Source of the DNA: Lama guanicoe
Taxonomy: Eukaryota
Direction of reading: 5' to 3'
Length of the DNA stretch: 64,000 bases
NCBI GenBank assembly: GCA_013239625.1
Contig: MU053487.1
Location: forward strand, 2,625,058 to 2,689,057
A model generated the notes under the pieces. It made no database searches, was not told the origin of the DNA, and was given only the letters and a program-made list of their open reading frames with translations. A program made the position numbers and the translations under genes. Shown here piece after piece: positions 24,331 to 36,769 of this stretch (the first letter of the stretch is position 1; every line of letters starts with the position of its first letter).

Positions 24331-25129
24331 ACCTGACCGAGGGACCTTCTTCAGGTCTTGCTCACACGTTACCTCTTCCTCAAGGCCTTCCTGGACCCCT
24401 GTGTGAAACAGCAGCCCCACACCCACTCTGGCGCTCTGTCCCATCCCTACTTTTTCCTTCTCCGTAACATCTATCTTCAGCTAACTTTATATAGTTGGCT
24501 CATTCATTTTGTTGGTTGCCGGTCTCCCTCTGCCATCAGAATGGAAGCCCACGGAGGCAGGGATGCTCTGAGTTTGGACTCCACTGAAAGCAGACCGTGA
24601 GACAGGGGCACTGGTGCAGGTATTCACTGGAGAGGTGATCCCGAGGAGTACAAAAGAGGGAATTGGGGAAGAGAGACAAGGAAGGGAGTGAAGCCAATGC
24701 GGGATGCGTTAATCAGCTCATCGCTGCTGTGGGCAGCTGGGGTCAACACTGGAGATCCTCTGAGAAGCTCTGTCAAACCAGTTTCAGAAATTCCCAACGT
24801 AGAGACAGAAGACCTGGAGTCTTAGACCCCAACTCCTGTCCCTTGTTGGCTGCAGGTTGCCCTGAGGGCATGAAACCTCCAGCACACGCGGACAGCCTGG
24901 TGAGTGGGCTGAGCAGGCTTCCCCGCGTGCCAGAGAAAGTCTTCAGGTGGAGAAGCAGAGACACACAGCCCTGTGCACGGGAACGGTCCACCCGCTAGCA
25001 GGTGGGTCAAGGGGCCGTGCGCTGGGAGCGTCTATAGCGTATGCCATAGGGATTTTTGTTTTTTTTTTTATTCCCTGATGTAGTACCAGTCCCTAAACTG
25101 TATATTTTGTAATGAATACATGAATATTA

Positions 25130-25720
25130 GGGTGGACATTTGCTAAGTGTGTCCCCAGCATCCAGTTTCCCTTTTCTGATCAACCTCATCCCTATTTTCC
25201 CTTGAGAAACCATCTCTCCCAATTTCTCAGCCTGGGCTTTTGTCGGTATTTATTGTTCCCATCACTAGTTCCTGGGGATGGGCCACACCTCATCCCAAAG
25301 ATGATCTCTTTTACTCATCTCACCCACCCTCTCCCACTGCAGTATTCTGCTTAGGGATGGATACATGACTCATTTGGGATCAGTGAGAGAATGAATTCCA
25401 GGGCTTCCTCTCTCTTTCTTTGAGTGATGTAGTAGAAGGATGTGAGGGCTGGCATAGCTGCAGCCATTTTGCCACCATGGGAAACCTTGGAACTTCTGGG
25501 TTGACTGTATGAAGCTCAAAGAGAAAGCCAATAAGGCAGAGAGGAGAGGGAGAAAAATCTGAATCTTGGGGGATATCTTTTGGTGTTGCTGAATCAAATC
25601 TCACTTAAAGCCAGAACTAAATCTGGATTTTTAATTGACATACCCCAATAAAAATGCCTTTATATTGTGAGTCAGTTTGAGGCGAATTTTCTATCACTTG
25701 TGATGGAGAGTCCTCACCGA
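25130..25720 (+). mobile_element. ERVL-class (LTR16/LTR33-like) solo LTR
   Basis: gctgcagccattttgccaccatg...ccaataaa...agtttgaggcgaattttctatcacttg pattern. Confidence 0.55.
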
Positions 25721-26142
25721 TTCTATTTCTACGTCACAGGCTTGTTGTGAGGTTTAAAATGGCACACAGATAATACTCAGGGAATGGTTACCAATATTGT
25801 TATTACAGTATATTTACTTTTATAGAGCTATGTTTGCTTTTTATTCTAGACCCGAACATCAGTGTGTTTCTGTTTCTCTTTTTGGTATTATTCGGTTTCT
25901 ACCCCCAAAGGAGAGAGGCTGAGGTAGAGAGTGGATCAGCCCCAGGCTCCTGACCGCCAGCTTCAGCCTCGGGTCCTCCTTGTAAAACCACAGCTGGAGA
26001 CCAACATAGAGGCCACGTGATGTGGCTCTAATTCCTCTGACATCTCATTTTCATTCTTTGATGATATTTGTCTGCATCCAGCTTACACATAAACGTTTCC
26101 AGTGAAGTGCTCCAAGAGCCTTTTTCAGAAATCTGAATCCAC

Positions 26143-26379
26143 ATGAAAACAACAGCAACAAGAAAAAGGTGTAAACTTTCCAGAACAGGCCCAGATTTTG
26201 AAAATGTGATAAAGAGGTTATTGTGCGTCCCAACTTTTCACACAAGAATTGGAGGAGATTTAACACCAGGAATAATAAACAGAGGAAAACCAGCTAATGC
26301 AGAGCAGATGGGCCTGCAAGGCAGTGTGCTAAGCATTTCAATGTCTTTCCCCTTGGACCTCTGGACTCGGGATGACTGA
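26143..26379 (+). CDS. APRG1: APRG1/C3orf35-like small ORF, 78 aa (coding status uncertain)
   Basis: MKTTATRKRCKLSRTGPDFENVIKRLLCVPTFHTRIGGDLTPGIINRGKPANAEQMGLQGS...FPLDLWT closely matches the recalled N-terminus of human APRG1 (MKTMATRKRCKLSRTGPEFENVIKRLLC...). It lies in the syntenic position between GOLGA4 and ITGA9. Candidate acceptors at 26081 and 26128. Confidence 0.7.
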   Translation: MKTTATRKRCKLSRTGPDFENVIKRLLCVPTFHTRIGGDLTPGIINRGKPANAEQMGLQGSVLSISMSFPLDLWTRDD

Positions 26380-26529
26380 ATGCTGGGACTTTTTAGTTCA
26401 AAATGAAGTGAATGCAGTTGGGGAAAACATCAGTATTGCTGGTTTGATTTCTGGAGTGATTAGTGGACTAAAGTCTTTTAAGACCATACTAGGTGGTGGG
26501 GATTTGGCAATCACTACTTTTGTCCTGAC

Positions 26530-26660
26530 CATGGCTCCATTTTACAGATGAGGAAGCTGAGGTTCTGAAAGTGTGACTCCCTTACTGAAGGGCACACAGC
26601 CAGTGAGACAGCAGAGCCAGGATCAGTCCTAGGTCTGTCTCATTGCATATGCCATGGTTC
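26530..26660 (-). mobile_element. MIR SINE
   Basis: ccattttacagatgaggaagctgagg...cacacagccagtgag...cagagccagga. Confidence 0.75.
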
Positions 26661-26756
26661 TGCAAACTCGGGTGATAGCTGAGTGGGGGGGAAAGGGGTC
26701 ATATATATACTGTCTCTCAAATTTATAGAAATACATGATAATTACATGGTAACAAC

Positions 26757-27990
26757 CTTATTGAGGTATAATTGATGAATGGTAAGCTATATATATTGAA
26801 GCCATACAACTTGACAAATTTTTCTTTTCTTTCTTTTTTTGTTTTGTTTTGTTTTGTTCAATGGAGGTACTGGGGATTGAACCCAGGACCTCGTGCATGC
26901 TAAGCATGTGCTTTACCACTGAGCTATACCCTACTCCCATGATCTGGTAACTTTTGACCTGGGTCTATATGTGTGAAACGCTCACTGCAGTCAAGATAGT
27001 GAACATATCCATTACTTCCAAAAGCTTCCTCGTGCCCTTTTGTAATTCCTCCCTCCTGTCCCTCCCACCCTTGGTCTCAGACAGCCACTGCTCTGCTTTC
27101 TGTCACCATAAATGAGTGATATTTTCCTGAGTTTTCTATAAATGGAATCATGCAGTATGTATTCTATTTTGCCTGTCTTCTTCCACTCAGTGTAACCTTT
27201 TGAGATTCATCCGTTATTACACGCTTGTTCCTTTGTGTGACCGAGGAGCATTCTGTCGTCTGCATCTGCCACGGTTTGTTTGCCTGCTCATCTGTAGGTG
27301 GACGTTGAGGTTGCTTCCAGTTGGGACCTGTTACAAATAGAGTTGTTATGAAATGAACATTTGTGGTCTAGTCTTTCTGTGACATAAACGTTCTCGTCGC
27401 TTGGATAAATACCAAAGAGTGGAAGGGCTAGCTCATGGGGTAGGTTTGTATTTAACTTTTCAAGAAAATGTTAAGCTGTTTTTCAGAGCAGTTGCATCAG
27501 TTTACATTCCCACCAGCCGTGTGTGAGAGCTGCAGTTCCTCCTGACCTGCACTTGGTTTGGTCCGTCTTCTAAGCTTTTGCCATTCTGATAGGTAGATTG
27601 TGAGATCAAATTGTCTTATGCTTTTCGTCTGCATTTCCCTAATGACTATTAGTATTGAGTATTGTTTTCATGTGCTTCTTTACCACTGATAGGCCGCCTT
27701 CAGTTAAGTGTGTGTTCAGAATTTTTGCATATTTTTAATTGAGTTATTTCTTGTCACTGAGTTGTGAGCATTCTTTATACTAATTGGATACAAGTCTTTT
27801 CAATAGATACCTGCTTTACAAAGATTTTCTCCAAGTCTGGGCTTGTATTTTCATTCTCCTAACAATGTCTTTTGAAGAAAAGACGTTTTTAGCTCTGGTG
27901 TGTCCAATTCATAGTCCACATTTCTTAACTTTTATTTTAAAAATCTTAGGTACAGTCTGTAAGAATCCTTTGGCTTGATTTTACAACTCA
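26757..27990 (-). mobile_element. L1M 3' end, interrupted by a SINE
   Basis: ttattgaggtataattg...aaatggaatcatgcagtatg...tttacattcccaccagc...tgcatttccctaatgact. Confidence 0.85.
26819..26938 (-). mobile_element. vic-1-type SINE
   Basis: ggaggtactggggattgaacccaggacctcgtgcatgctaagcatgtgctttaccactgagctataccc plus (GTTTT)n tail. Confidence 0.9.
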
Positions 27991-28658
27991 GATGTGCCAC
28001 CTTTTCTACAATCCAGTCTATATACTGAATTTTTTTCAATTATCAGATGCTTAAAATAAAAATCATTCGTCATGTTTACGACACAATAACCTTGTATCTC
28101 CCTGAGAATAGCAGTTACTTGGTTCAGCTCAGTTTGTGAGCTCTGTTTCCTCGGTGTTAAGTGTCACGCTTGGTAAGAGGGTGATGTCTTTCTTGCACGG
28201 CTGCTGGGTTGAGAACCCCCGTTGGCTGGTCTTTGTGTGCTGTGCCCAGTTCTGGGATGAGAAGGGAGAGTCAGACACAGAGCCACCAGCGGGCACTTTC
28301 TTGGGGGCAAGAACTTCCTCCTGGTGGGCCAGGCCCCTTGTCTAAAGACACAGAGACTCATACCCCTGCTCCTGTGCAGAGGAGGCAGACGCCTCTACTG
28401 CTGCTCCCTAGCCCCCAGGCAGTGGGGACCAGCTGCGCTGAACTGACCACTCCTACTTTGGTGCCCCAGCACGTTCCTCAGGTGCTCTGAGCTGCTCCAT
28501 TCCTGCTCTCTGGTACCTTCAGGCTTTGAGCATCATTGGAACACCGCCCAACCTCGGCTTCTATGGAAGCGTCCTTTCCCAGTTGTGCCTAAGTATAAGA
28601 TTCCTTTGAATATCTGATTAGACTACTTTCCATTGTTTAGGAATTTTAATGATTTCTT

Positions 28659-28796
28659 TCTATTTTTTTTCCAGTTTTTTGGGAGAAGTATTTGGTTTGT
28701 TTATGTTAGAGGAGGTACTGGGGATTGAACCCAGGACCTTGTGCTTGCTAAGGATGCACTCTTAGCACTCTTATCACTTGAGCTATACCCTCCCCC
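28659..28796 (-). mobile_element. vic-1-type SINE
   Basis: Same head with an internal 9-nt duplication (gcactctta x2). TSD taatgatttctt / taaagatttctt. Confidence 0.88.
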
Positions 28797-29099
28797 TAAA
28801 GATTTCTTATCTAAAAGGAAACCCCTTCAATTTTCCAACATTATTATGAAACAAAAGCACATTTTGTCTCATTTCTAGAGACCTGTGATGGGAGGAGAGG
28901 CTGTAACTGAAGCTTGGCTGTCCAACCTGAATGGAACCTGTGGGTAATATTTGCATCTCAGTATCTGAAGGGCCACCAGTACAGACCACATTTGCCAAAT
29001 GTTGTCATGGCAGTTTGGTTTGTGACTTTGATGTTGGCATCTCATTGGGGAAAGTTTACTGGGCCCACTAGCAGAGGGGAAGGCATGACCATTTTTAGA

Positions 29100-29430
29100 A
29101 ATGAAAATCTAGACGTGTCTCCCCATGCTGGAGACACCATGTGTCTGTGCTACAGTTGACAGCCCCAGCCCAGCCCAGCCTTCAGTCATCCCACTAAAGT
29201 ACCAGACGTGATTCACTGAGGCAGACTTGTACCCTACAGGCAAGCACAGCTGTCAGCTGAGTACCACTGAGAACCTCAGGTGATGCCCTGTGAAACAGAA
29301 TTGAAGAGTTGTTCAGCCAAACCCTGCCCAAATTCCCAACCCACAAAAGTGTGAGATAGAATAAGATGACTCTTTTAAGCCACTGAGTTCTGGGCCAGTT
29401 TGTTACGCAGCGATTGGTAACCAAAACACT
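29100..29430 (+). mobile_element. MLT1 (F/G-like) LTR
   Basis: cagccaaaccctgcccaaattcc...ttttaagccactgagttctggg...gtttgttacgcagcgattggtaaccaaaaca 3' end. Confidence 0.7.
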
Positions 29431-32302
29431 TGGCACATAATAAGTGCTCAGTAAATACAGGTCAGAGTATTTTGATGTCAAATTCCATTTCCCATGATAA
29501 ATGCGTAAGTGTCGCCAGGTTTGGGAGATGACTGTCCTGATCCCACCTTCCTGGACCCTCCCCTTCCCTCCCACACTGAGTCTCTGGGCAGCACTGGGAC
29601 TCACCTCCCAGTTTGGTTCTTGTGCTCAGTGAGTCTTCATCTTAAACCCTCGTTGTGAATCCGTGTTAATTGTCCTCCTTCCGCATAAACACATCGCACC
29701 CGACAGCCCCCAATCCACTTCTGATTCTACCACTGGCCCATCTCCAGGGGTAATCTTGAGCCTGTGTTCTGGGCCCCAATTTCCATGTTTCTAAACTAAC
29801 TGGACACTTGCCAAGAGCACATCCTGTTCCTGCTGTAGCTGCATCGCGTGTTTCCCGCACGCTTCATCCACGGCTGCTAAACAGCCTCCCTCCAACTTTT
29901 TGGTGTTTGTTTTCTTCACTCCTCCCCACCCTATTTCCCTGGGTTGTTTAAGCTTGCCTCCGTCTCTCCTGCATTTTAAAAACCCTCCCGTGACCTCCTG
30001 TCTTTCTCCAAGGACCATCTCCTCTGTCCTCCTTTCTCGCCTGCGCTGCATCCCTCGGCCGCTGGTCAACTCTTAACATTCAGGCCTCAGTTGAGCTGCT
30101 GTTCAGGGGAGTTATCAGGGCCTCCCCTCCTCCCCATCAGCCACCCTGCTCTGTGCTCCTAAAGCCTCTCTCCCAGCCGTCTCCCTGATCCCAGCCCCTG
30201 TCATGCTGTTATTAACTGGTTTGTCGTCAGCTTCGCTCGCTAGATTGCTCTCTGGAGGGCACGCCTTGTTCACGCGGCTCAAGCGCTTAGCCGTGCGGGG
30301 GCCTGAGACGCAGCTCTCCTTCCACGTTGGCAGACAACAGCATCAGCGGCGGCTTCTTCTGTTACTGCCGCCGATGTTGGTTGAGGCCTTCTATGGGCCA
30401 GAGGTCATTCTCGTCACGTGTGAATCTAGCCAAGAATTCCACGAGTGGGTGCTACTGTCACCCCCATTTTATAGATGGGGAGACTGAATCTCAGAGACGT
30501 TAAGGAACTTGTTTTGTTTGTCTGTTTGCCTTTGTGCTACCAATAAGTGTTGGAGCTGAGATCCCCAGGTTGCTGACTCCTGGATCAGTGAAACTCTTTT
30601 GGGAAAGACCTGGAGCTTGGACTTTTATCAACATCATCTTTTATCTTTAACAAGAAATGAGTCTTGCCTGCGCTGTCTGCCCTTCTTCCCTCAGCTCCGT
30701 CTCCTAAATGTGACTGTTGGTGTCTCGGGGCCTCTGCTCCCTGCATGGATGTTCTGGGTTCAAAGTACATCTTCTTTGTTACATTTGGTGTTTTAAAAGC
30801 AATGGAATCCCTTTGGTTAGTTTAAGCAGGAGAGGAATTTTTTGAAGATACTAGGTCATTGTAGAATCTTCAGGAAAGTCTGGAAAGCAGGCTTGGAGGA
30901 CCCCAACTCACAGCGGTGAGGCCAGTGCTGCCGCCGCTGTGGCACAGCCTCTTGTCACTGCCACCTCTCTGGGTGGCCGAGCCCTCACTCTCGTCAGGAT
31001 GGATTTCCACACCGAAGCACTTCTTCCTGGTTCTGGCTCCTGAGCCAAGTGTGGCATGGCCCTCTCTGATTGGAGGAAACTAGTCACATGCCTGGACCCC
31101 AGCTGCAAGGGAGGCTGGGACAAGGAGCTTTTACTTGGAGTGGGTGGACTTAAGAAGGGCTTTCATGATACTGGACAGCCAGTAGACTGTAAATAGCCAT
31201 GACAATACATTGTTTTAAAGATGAGGACGCGGAGCCTCAGGGAGGTCGGAAAATGCTGAATGCTCCCTGACTGGTCAAGGGCAGAGCTGAGATTTGAACC
31301 CAAGTGGCCCAATGGCCCAGCTCCCAACATATTCTTTCCTTTCACTATGTCACCTCCGGTTGCAGATGATGTCTGCTGTTGGTCCTGTGCATGCGGAGGG
31401 CAGGGCTTCTAGAGGTGGGAGGTGTGTTGGAAGAGGGGAAGGAAAGGTGGGCAGGTGGAGGCTGTTGGAATGGGGGCCGAGCCCAGGGAGCCAGCCTTGA
31501 TGGCAGCTGACTCGGGGCAGCCAAGGGCATGAGAGGCCTCCACTCAATCTCCCTTCTCTTACTGGTCTGAGGAGAAGCCTGTATTTAGGTGTTGGGTGAA
31601 TTGTGGCTGGGGAAGGCTGGATGCTCACAGGCACAGACAGAAAAAGCAAAATCAACCTGGGCTGTCTGTGTCCTTCCCACAGAGTGGTTTTCGATTCCCA
31701 GTCTGTCTCGAGGATACCTGAAATACAGAAACAGTCTCAGGACGTCACAGTCAAGGATGTAATTGAGAGAAGCTAGGAGCATGGCCCTCGTCTCTCAGGC
31801 TCATGTGGGTCCGGTTTCCGTAAAATTTGTGGTGACATGAGACTAGGTTGGGCGGCAGACTGGATGTTTACAGTTTCAATTGTTCGTGTTTTAAATGTCT
31901 TGTTACTTATAACTTCCACGGGGGTGGGTGTCCACTGATCCCCCGTCTGGCTGTTACTTTTTTGTGTTTATTTCCATTTCTCTGTCCTCATGACTGTGAG
32001 GTGGGCACTGCTGGTATCAAAATTGCAGATGCAGAAATGGATCTGCTAAAAGGTGTTGCAGCCCGCCCTGTGCCTGGCAGCTGCTAAGTGGCGGATCAGG
32101 ATTTGGACTCAGATCTCAAGCCTCAGGCCACAGACAGGGCAATTCCTTCACCGCAGAGCTATCTCCTGGGTAGGGATGCCTGGGGCAAACCCCTCCGTAT
32201 CCTTCTGGCCTGACTCTGAAAGGCGACTGTGATGATGCAAGTCTATGATGTGGCTCCAGCTATCAACCCTGTCTGTCATCTTAGCACCATGGCGAAGAGG
32301 TG

Positions 32303-32830
32303 TGTATTAGTTACCTACTGCTGGGTAGAAAACTGCCCCAAATTTGTATTTGTTTTCTATTACTGTGTAACAAAGTATCTCAAGACATAAGGACTTAAAA
32401 CAATAAATTGTAACTATAATCACAGTTTGGGTCAGGAATTCAGTCACGGCTTCTCTGGGTGCTCCTGGCTCTAGAGTCTCTCATTACCCTGCTGTGAAGA
32501 CGTTGGCTGTGGCGGCATCACCTGAAGGCCTCCCTGGGGTTGGGGGAGCTACTCCCCGGGTGGCTAACTCACGGGGTGGCAAGTTTCCCTCAGCATGGCC
32601 CTCCACGGGCTGCTTGAGTGTCCTCGCAGCACGGCGGCTGACCTGGCTCTACCTCAGCTGGGTAATGTGGGAGAGTAAGAGGAAGGGGCAGTGCCTTTTA
32701 TGGCCTGGCCACAGAAGGCGCACAATATCCTGTCTGCCAGAAGAGGGTCGCAGCTCGTGTTCCAGGGAAGGGGGAGTTAGTCTCCATCTTCTGAAGGGAA
32801 GTGTGTCAGAAAATGTGTGGGTGTATCAAA
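32303..32830 (-). mobile_element. MLT1-type LTR
   Basis: tgtattagtta...ttactgtgtaacaaa...ttaaaacaata...gggtcaggaattc pattern. Confidence 0.65.
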
Positions 32831-33030
32831 CCATCATGGAGTGATGTCTCCTGCCACCTGTATGCACGTCCCATCGTGGCATTATCACCCCTTCCTGTCG
32901 CACCAGAGCACTGCGTTTCCTGTGTGGTTTCCCTCGTGTGGAACCCTGGGGGTCACTCCTATAGCAAGATCGGGTCTTGAAGGGAAAGAAGAAAGAATTC
33001 AAGGGGAAAGAAAGGGCAACTTCGTCCAAC

Positions 33031-33156
33031 TATTTTTTTGGGGGGGTGGGAATCAGATTTATTTGTTTATTTATTTTGACAGAGGTACTGGGGATTGAAC
33101 GCACAACCTCGTGCATGCTGAGCATGTGCTCTACCACTGAGCTGTACCCTCCCCCC
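33031..33156 (-). mobile_element. vic-1-type SINE
   Basis: tRNA-Ala-like head. Degenerate TSD agaaagggcaactt / agaaaaagctactt. Confidence 0.88.
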
Positions 33157-33591
33157 AGAAAAAGCTACTTTGCATTAGAGGTCGTGGACAGCAGGCTGAG
33201 GTGGGAGCTGTGGGTTCCGGCTCAGCCTTCCACAAGGCGCATCTGAAGCACGTGGGAACACAGGGGTCTTGAACTTTGAAGCCAGAGAAGGCCCTCAAAT
33301 GGCGCGCTTAACCATGAAGCCACTTTAAGAACAGAGTTTTGAATTTTTTCTCTTGGACTCCAAATGAAAATAGCCATCTCTAAGAGGAAAAGAAATTGCA
33401 CCATAATGATGATGAATTATTATGAAATTGCTAACATGACCACTAGCTTCCCAAGTGCCCAGCACTCGAGAGTGTGCTTTGCAAGGCATGTCTCACTTAA
33501 TCCTCACAGCACCCCTCTGTGATTCTCTGTTTACAAATAGGGAAACTGAGGCTTGGAGAGGTTAAGTGACTTCTCAAGGTGATGTGCACAA

Positions 33592-33958
33592 TGCTGTGTC
33601 TGAATGTATGTGTCCTCCCCAAATTTGTGTGTGGAAATGTGGCTGTCTTTAGAGTAAGGAAGTAATTGAGGTTAAATGAGGTTGTAGGAGTAGGGCCCTG
33701 ACCTGATAGGGGTGGTGTCCTCCTGAGACCCCAGAGAGCTGGTTCTCTCTCCACCTGTTTGCACTAGGAAGAGGTCACGTGACACATAGCAAGACGGCAG
33801 CTGTCTGCAACCCAAGGGGAGAGCTCTCACCAGACACCAACCCTGCTGGCACCTTGATCTTGGACTTAAGCCTTCAGAACTGTAAGAAAATACATTTCTG
33901 TCATTGAAACCACCCAGTCTATGGTATTTTGTTAACGGCGGCCCCAGCAGGCTGTACA
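33592..33958 (+). mobile_element. MLT1A/B-like solo LTR nested in a MIR (MIR about 33420-33590, resuming about 33960-34025)
   Basis: tgctgtgtctgaatgtatgtgtcctccccaaatt...ccctgctggcaccttgatcttggactt...ccacccagtctatggtattttgtt...aca. Confidence 0.85.
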
Positions 33959-34654
33959 CCTGACATCCCACCTGGGATTTTGAGTGCCAAAGCCCTCTCC
34001 CTGACTCATTGCCCTAAACTGCCTCCTAGAAATAGCATCGTTTCCAAACTTTCATGTTTTGACAAGTGGCATTCTAAGTTTAATATTTAAATTGGGGTGA
34101 GACATGTTTTAAAAACTTGGCCTTCTCTATGCTAACATTGATGGTTGTTACCGAGAGCAGTTTCACTAAATTTGGATCTCTGGGAAAAAAAATTTTTTTT
34201 TCGAGCATGGAAGCAGGTTGGGAATATTGTTCCCAATAATAACAGCAGTAGAACTTTTAGCTTATGAAATACTTCAGTGGGAAAGTATTTGTTTAAACCT
34301 CTGCCTGCTATTCTAGCTGAAGGTTTAGCGATAGGATTTGCCCTTCCCGTGAACTTTCTGGATTTCTAAACCATGTGGAAGTGTAGTTTGGCTCATATAA
34401 AAAAGTTGGGCAACTTTTAAAGAATTGACATCAAGAAATGCATTAAGCCAAGTGTCAGTCATTTAGAGAATGATTATCAGGTAAAAAATGCATTGAGTAG
34501 TAATCATTCAGACAGTTCAGCAAGAAAAGCCCACAGTCTCAACTATAACCATGAATAACATTTCAGGTCAACATCCAGACTTCTTTTTTGGGGAAGGGGG
34601 AGTATTAATTTTACTTATTGCTTATTCATTTTCTGTTTCATCCATTTTCTCTAT

Positions 34655-34820
34655 TATTATTTTAATTAAAAAAACTTTATAGTGTTTAAAAGTTACTTTC
34701 CACTTCCAGTTGTTATAAAATGTTGGCTCTATTCCCTGTGTTGTGCAATACATCCTTAAGCCTATCTTACACCCAGTAGTTTGTACTCCCACTCCTCCAC
34801 GCCTATATTGCCCCACTTCG
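34655..34820 (-). mobile_element. L1 3' end fragment
   Basis: ttataaaatgttggctctattccctgtgttgtgcaatacatcctt... Confidence 0.7.
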
Positions 34821-36769
34821 CACTCAGACCTCTTTTTGTGTGAGTGAATATATATGGTCCATGAAAATCTACGTATGTCAGATCATACTGAGCATTTGGT
34901 AAAGAACCTGGGTTTTTCCCTCTTCATGTGCTGTGTGTGTCTTTCCTTGCCTGTATGTGAAGTTGTACAGCATCCTTTTGTAACAGGCTCATGTGAGGTG
35001 CTGATTCAACCAAGTCCTGGAGACAGTGTAGCCTGGATTGTGCACTGTTAAGAACCAAGTTGTTAAATGCTTTACGGTGATGAACTCCTAATTGTTAGTC
35101 CTAGGGAGCTGGAGAGGATGAACTGTGTGGGGCTGGCATTTTTGGGGGGACGTATGACAATGAACACAGGCTGTGCCTTGTTTTTCTGAAGCTTTGTCAT
35201 GCGTCAGAAATGTTCCGTGTTGATTTTTCTCGTGGCTACAGGGTTTCCGGCACCTGTATGGTCTGTACCTGATTAAACTACCTCCCGCCCCCCAAGTTGG
35301 TGGCCACCGTTGACTGTTAGCAATAATGCTGCTGTGAACATGCTAGCCCCTACCTACATCTGTGACCCTGGGTAAGCGTTTCTGTAGAATAAATTCCTGA
35401 AGGTGGAATTCCTTAGTCAAGGAGAGTGGGCGTTTTAATTGTGGGCCCGTAAGTGGTCAGTCCTCACTTTGCACGATTCCATGATTCTAGGATTCCATGA
35501 TTCCATGCTATTTTTTTTCACAGTATCAATTAAATGATATATTTAAGTTTCAAAATGTCAGAAGGTAAACAGGAAGCTATGGCTCAAGACCAGGTGTGAA
35601 AACATTCACTTTGAGGAACGATAGTGATTTTTTGGTTATCATTTAAAGTTTTTGTAATGGAAAATTATATTCTAAACCTAAAGATTATGGTGTCAATCAG
35701 CTTGTATTAGTGCCTTAGATAGAAATGTATCTAGCTTTTGACCTAGTGTTTAAGCATTTAGGAAATAATGAGGGGCAGACAAAAATTTACAAATTTATAA
35801 GCCAAAAAAGAAAGTTGGTAGAGAAAGAAAGGGAAGACTCTCTTAAGACTTTTTCGAGTCTTATGGGGAAGCAAAGTTGTTTCTGCTGAACACTTAATCA
35901 TTTCAATATTCTTCTGTGCAGTGGGGTGGGGAGAGATGGTAAAACCATCACTTCTCCTGCATGGTCATGGTAAGGATGGTCTCAACCTCTTTCTCCACCA
36001 CTGGGAGGAAGTTGAGTTGGCCTCAGGGAGACTGATGGCAGACTCTAGGAATGGCAAATGACAGATGAGCGGATACGCATGTGGTTCAGTCTGCAAGCAC
36101 CAGGGTTAACAGAAAACCTTCAGATGGGTTCTTAAAGTGGGAGAATAAACGGAGGGAGTGCAGTTGGTTGTCATTTGAGTTAGAAACTTGGACAAGAGGT
36201 TCAGTTTTTCAAAAGGCACACCCCTGTGAAACACATCTGCATTCTGGACGGCCAAATCTGAGATACTATGCCCCCAAGCAAAGTCATTCTGGAGACACAA
36301 ACTTCAGATCAGGTCTCTGGAGGAAAGCTTATTCTGGCAACCAGGAAATTGAGCTCATGCTTGATGTCAGATTATATGAATAACTAATAAATGTTTAGAG
36401 TTTTACAGCTAGCAAATGCTGCCCCAAGAAGCCCACCAGCATCTTTATTAGTTTGTTAGTGTCCCTGTTTCACTGACTTACTGAGATTACACAGCTGGTC
36501 CATGTAATCTTTGACCAGAAAATGACACTGCTGGTAAATCCAGGGGTGTAGGATTTAAGTCCTCTTCATCTGAAGCCAAATCCTATGTTTTCCTACCATA
36601 TCATGGTATCACATATTCCGGAGCATAAATCAGAATTCTAAGTCTCTCCTGGAGGACTGTGCTTCCCAAACCTGGCTGCTTAATAAATGTCGCAAGAGGT
36701 TTACAGATTCCTGGGCCTCATTCCTATGGATTTTGACCCACAATGGTGTTTGCAAATCTATATATTTAT

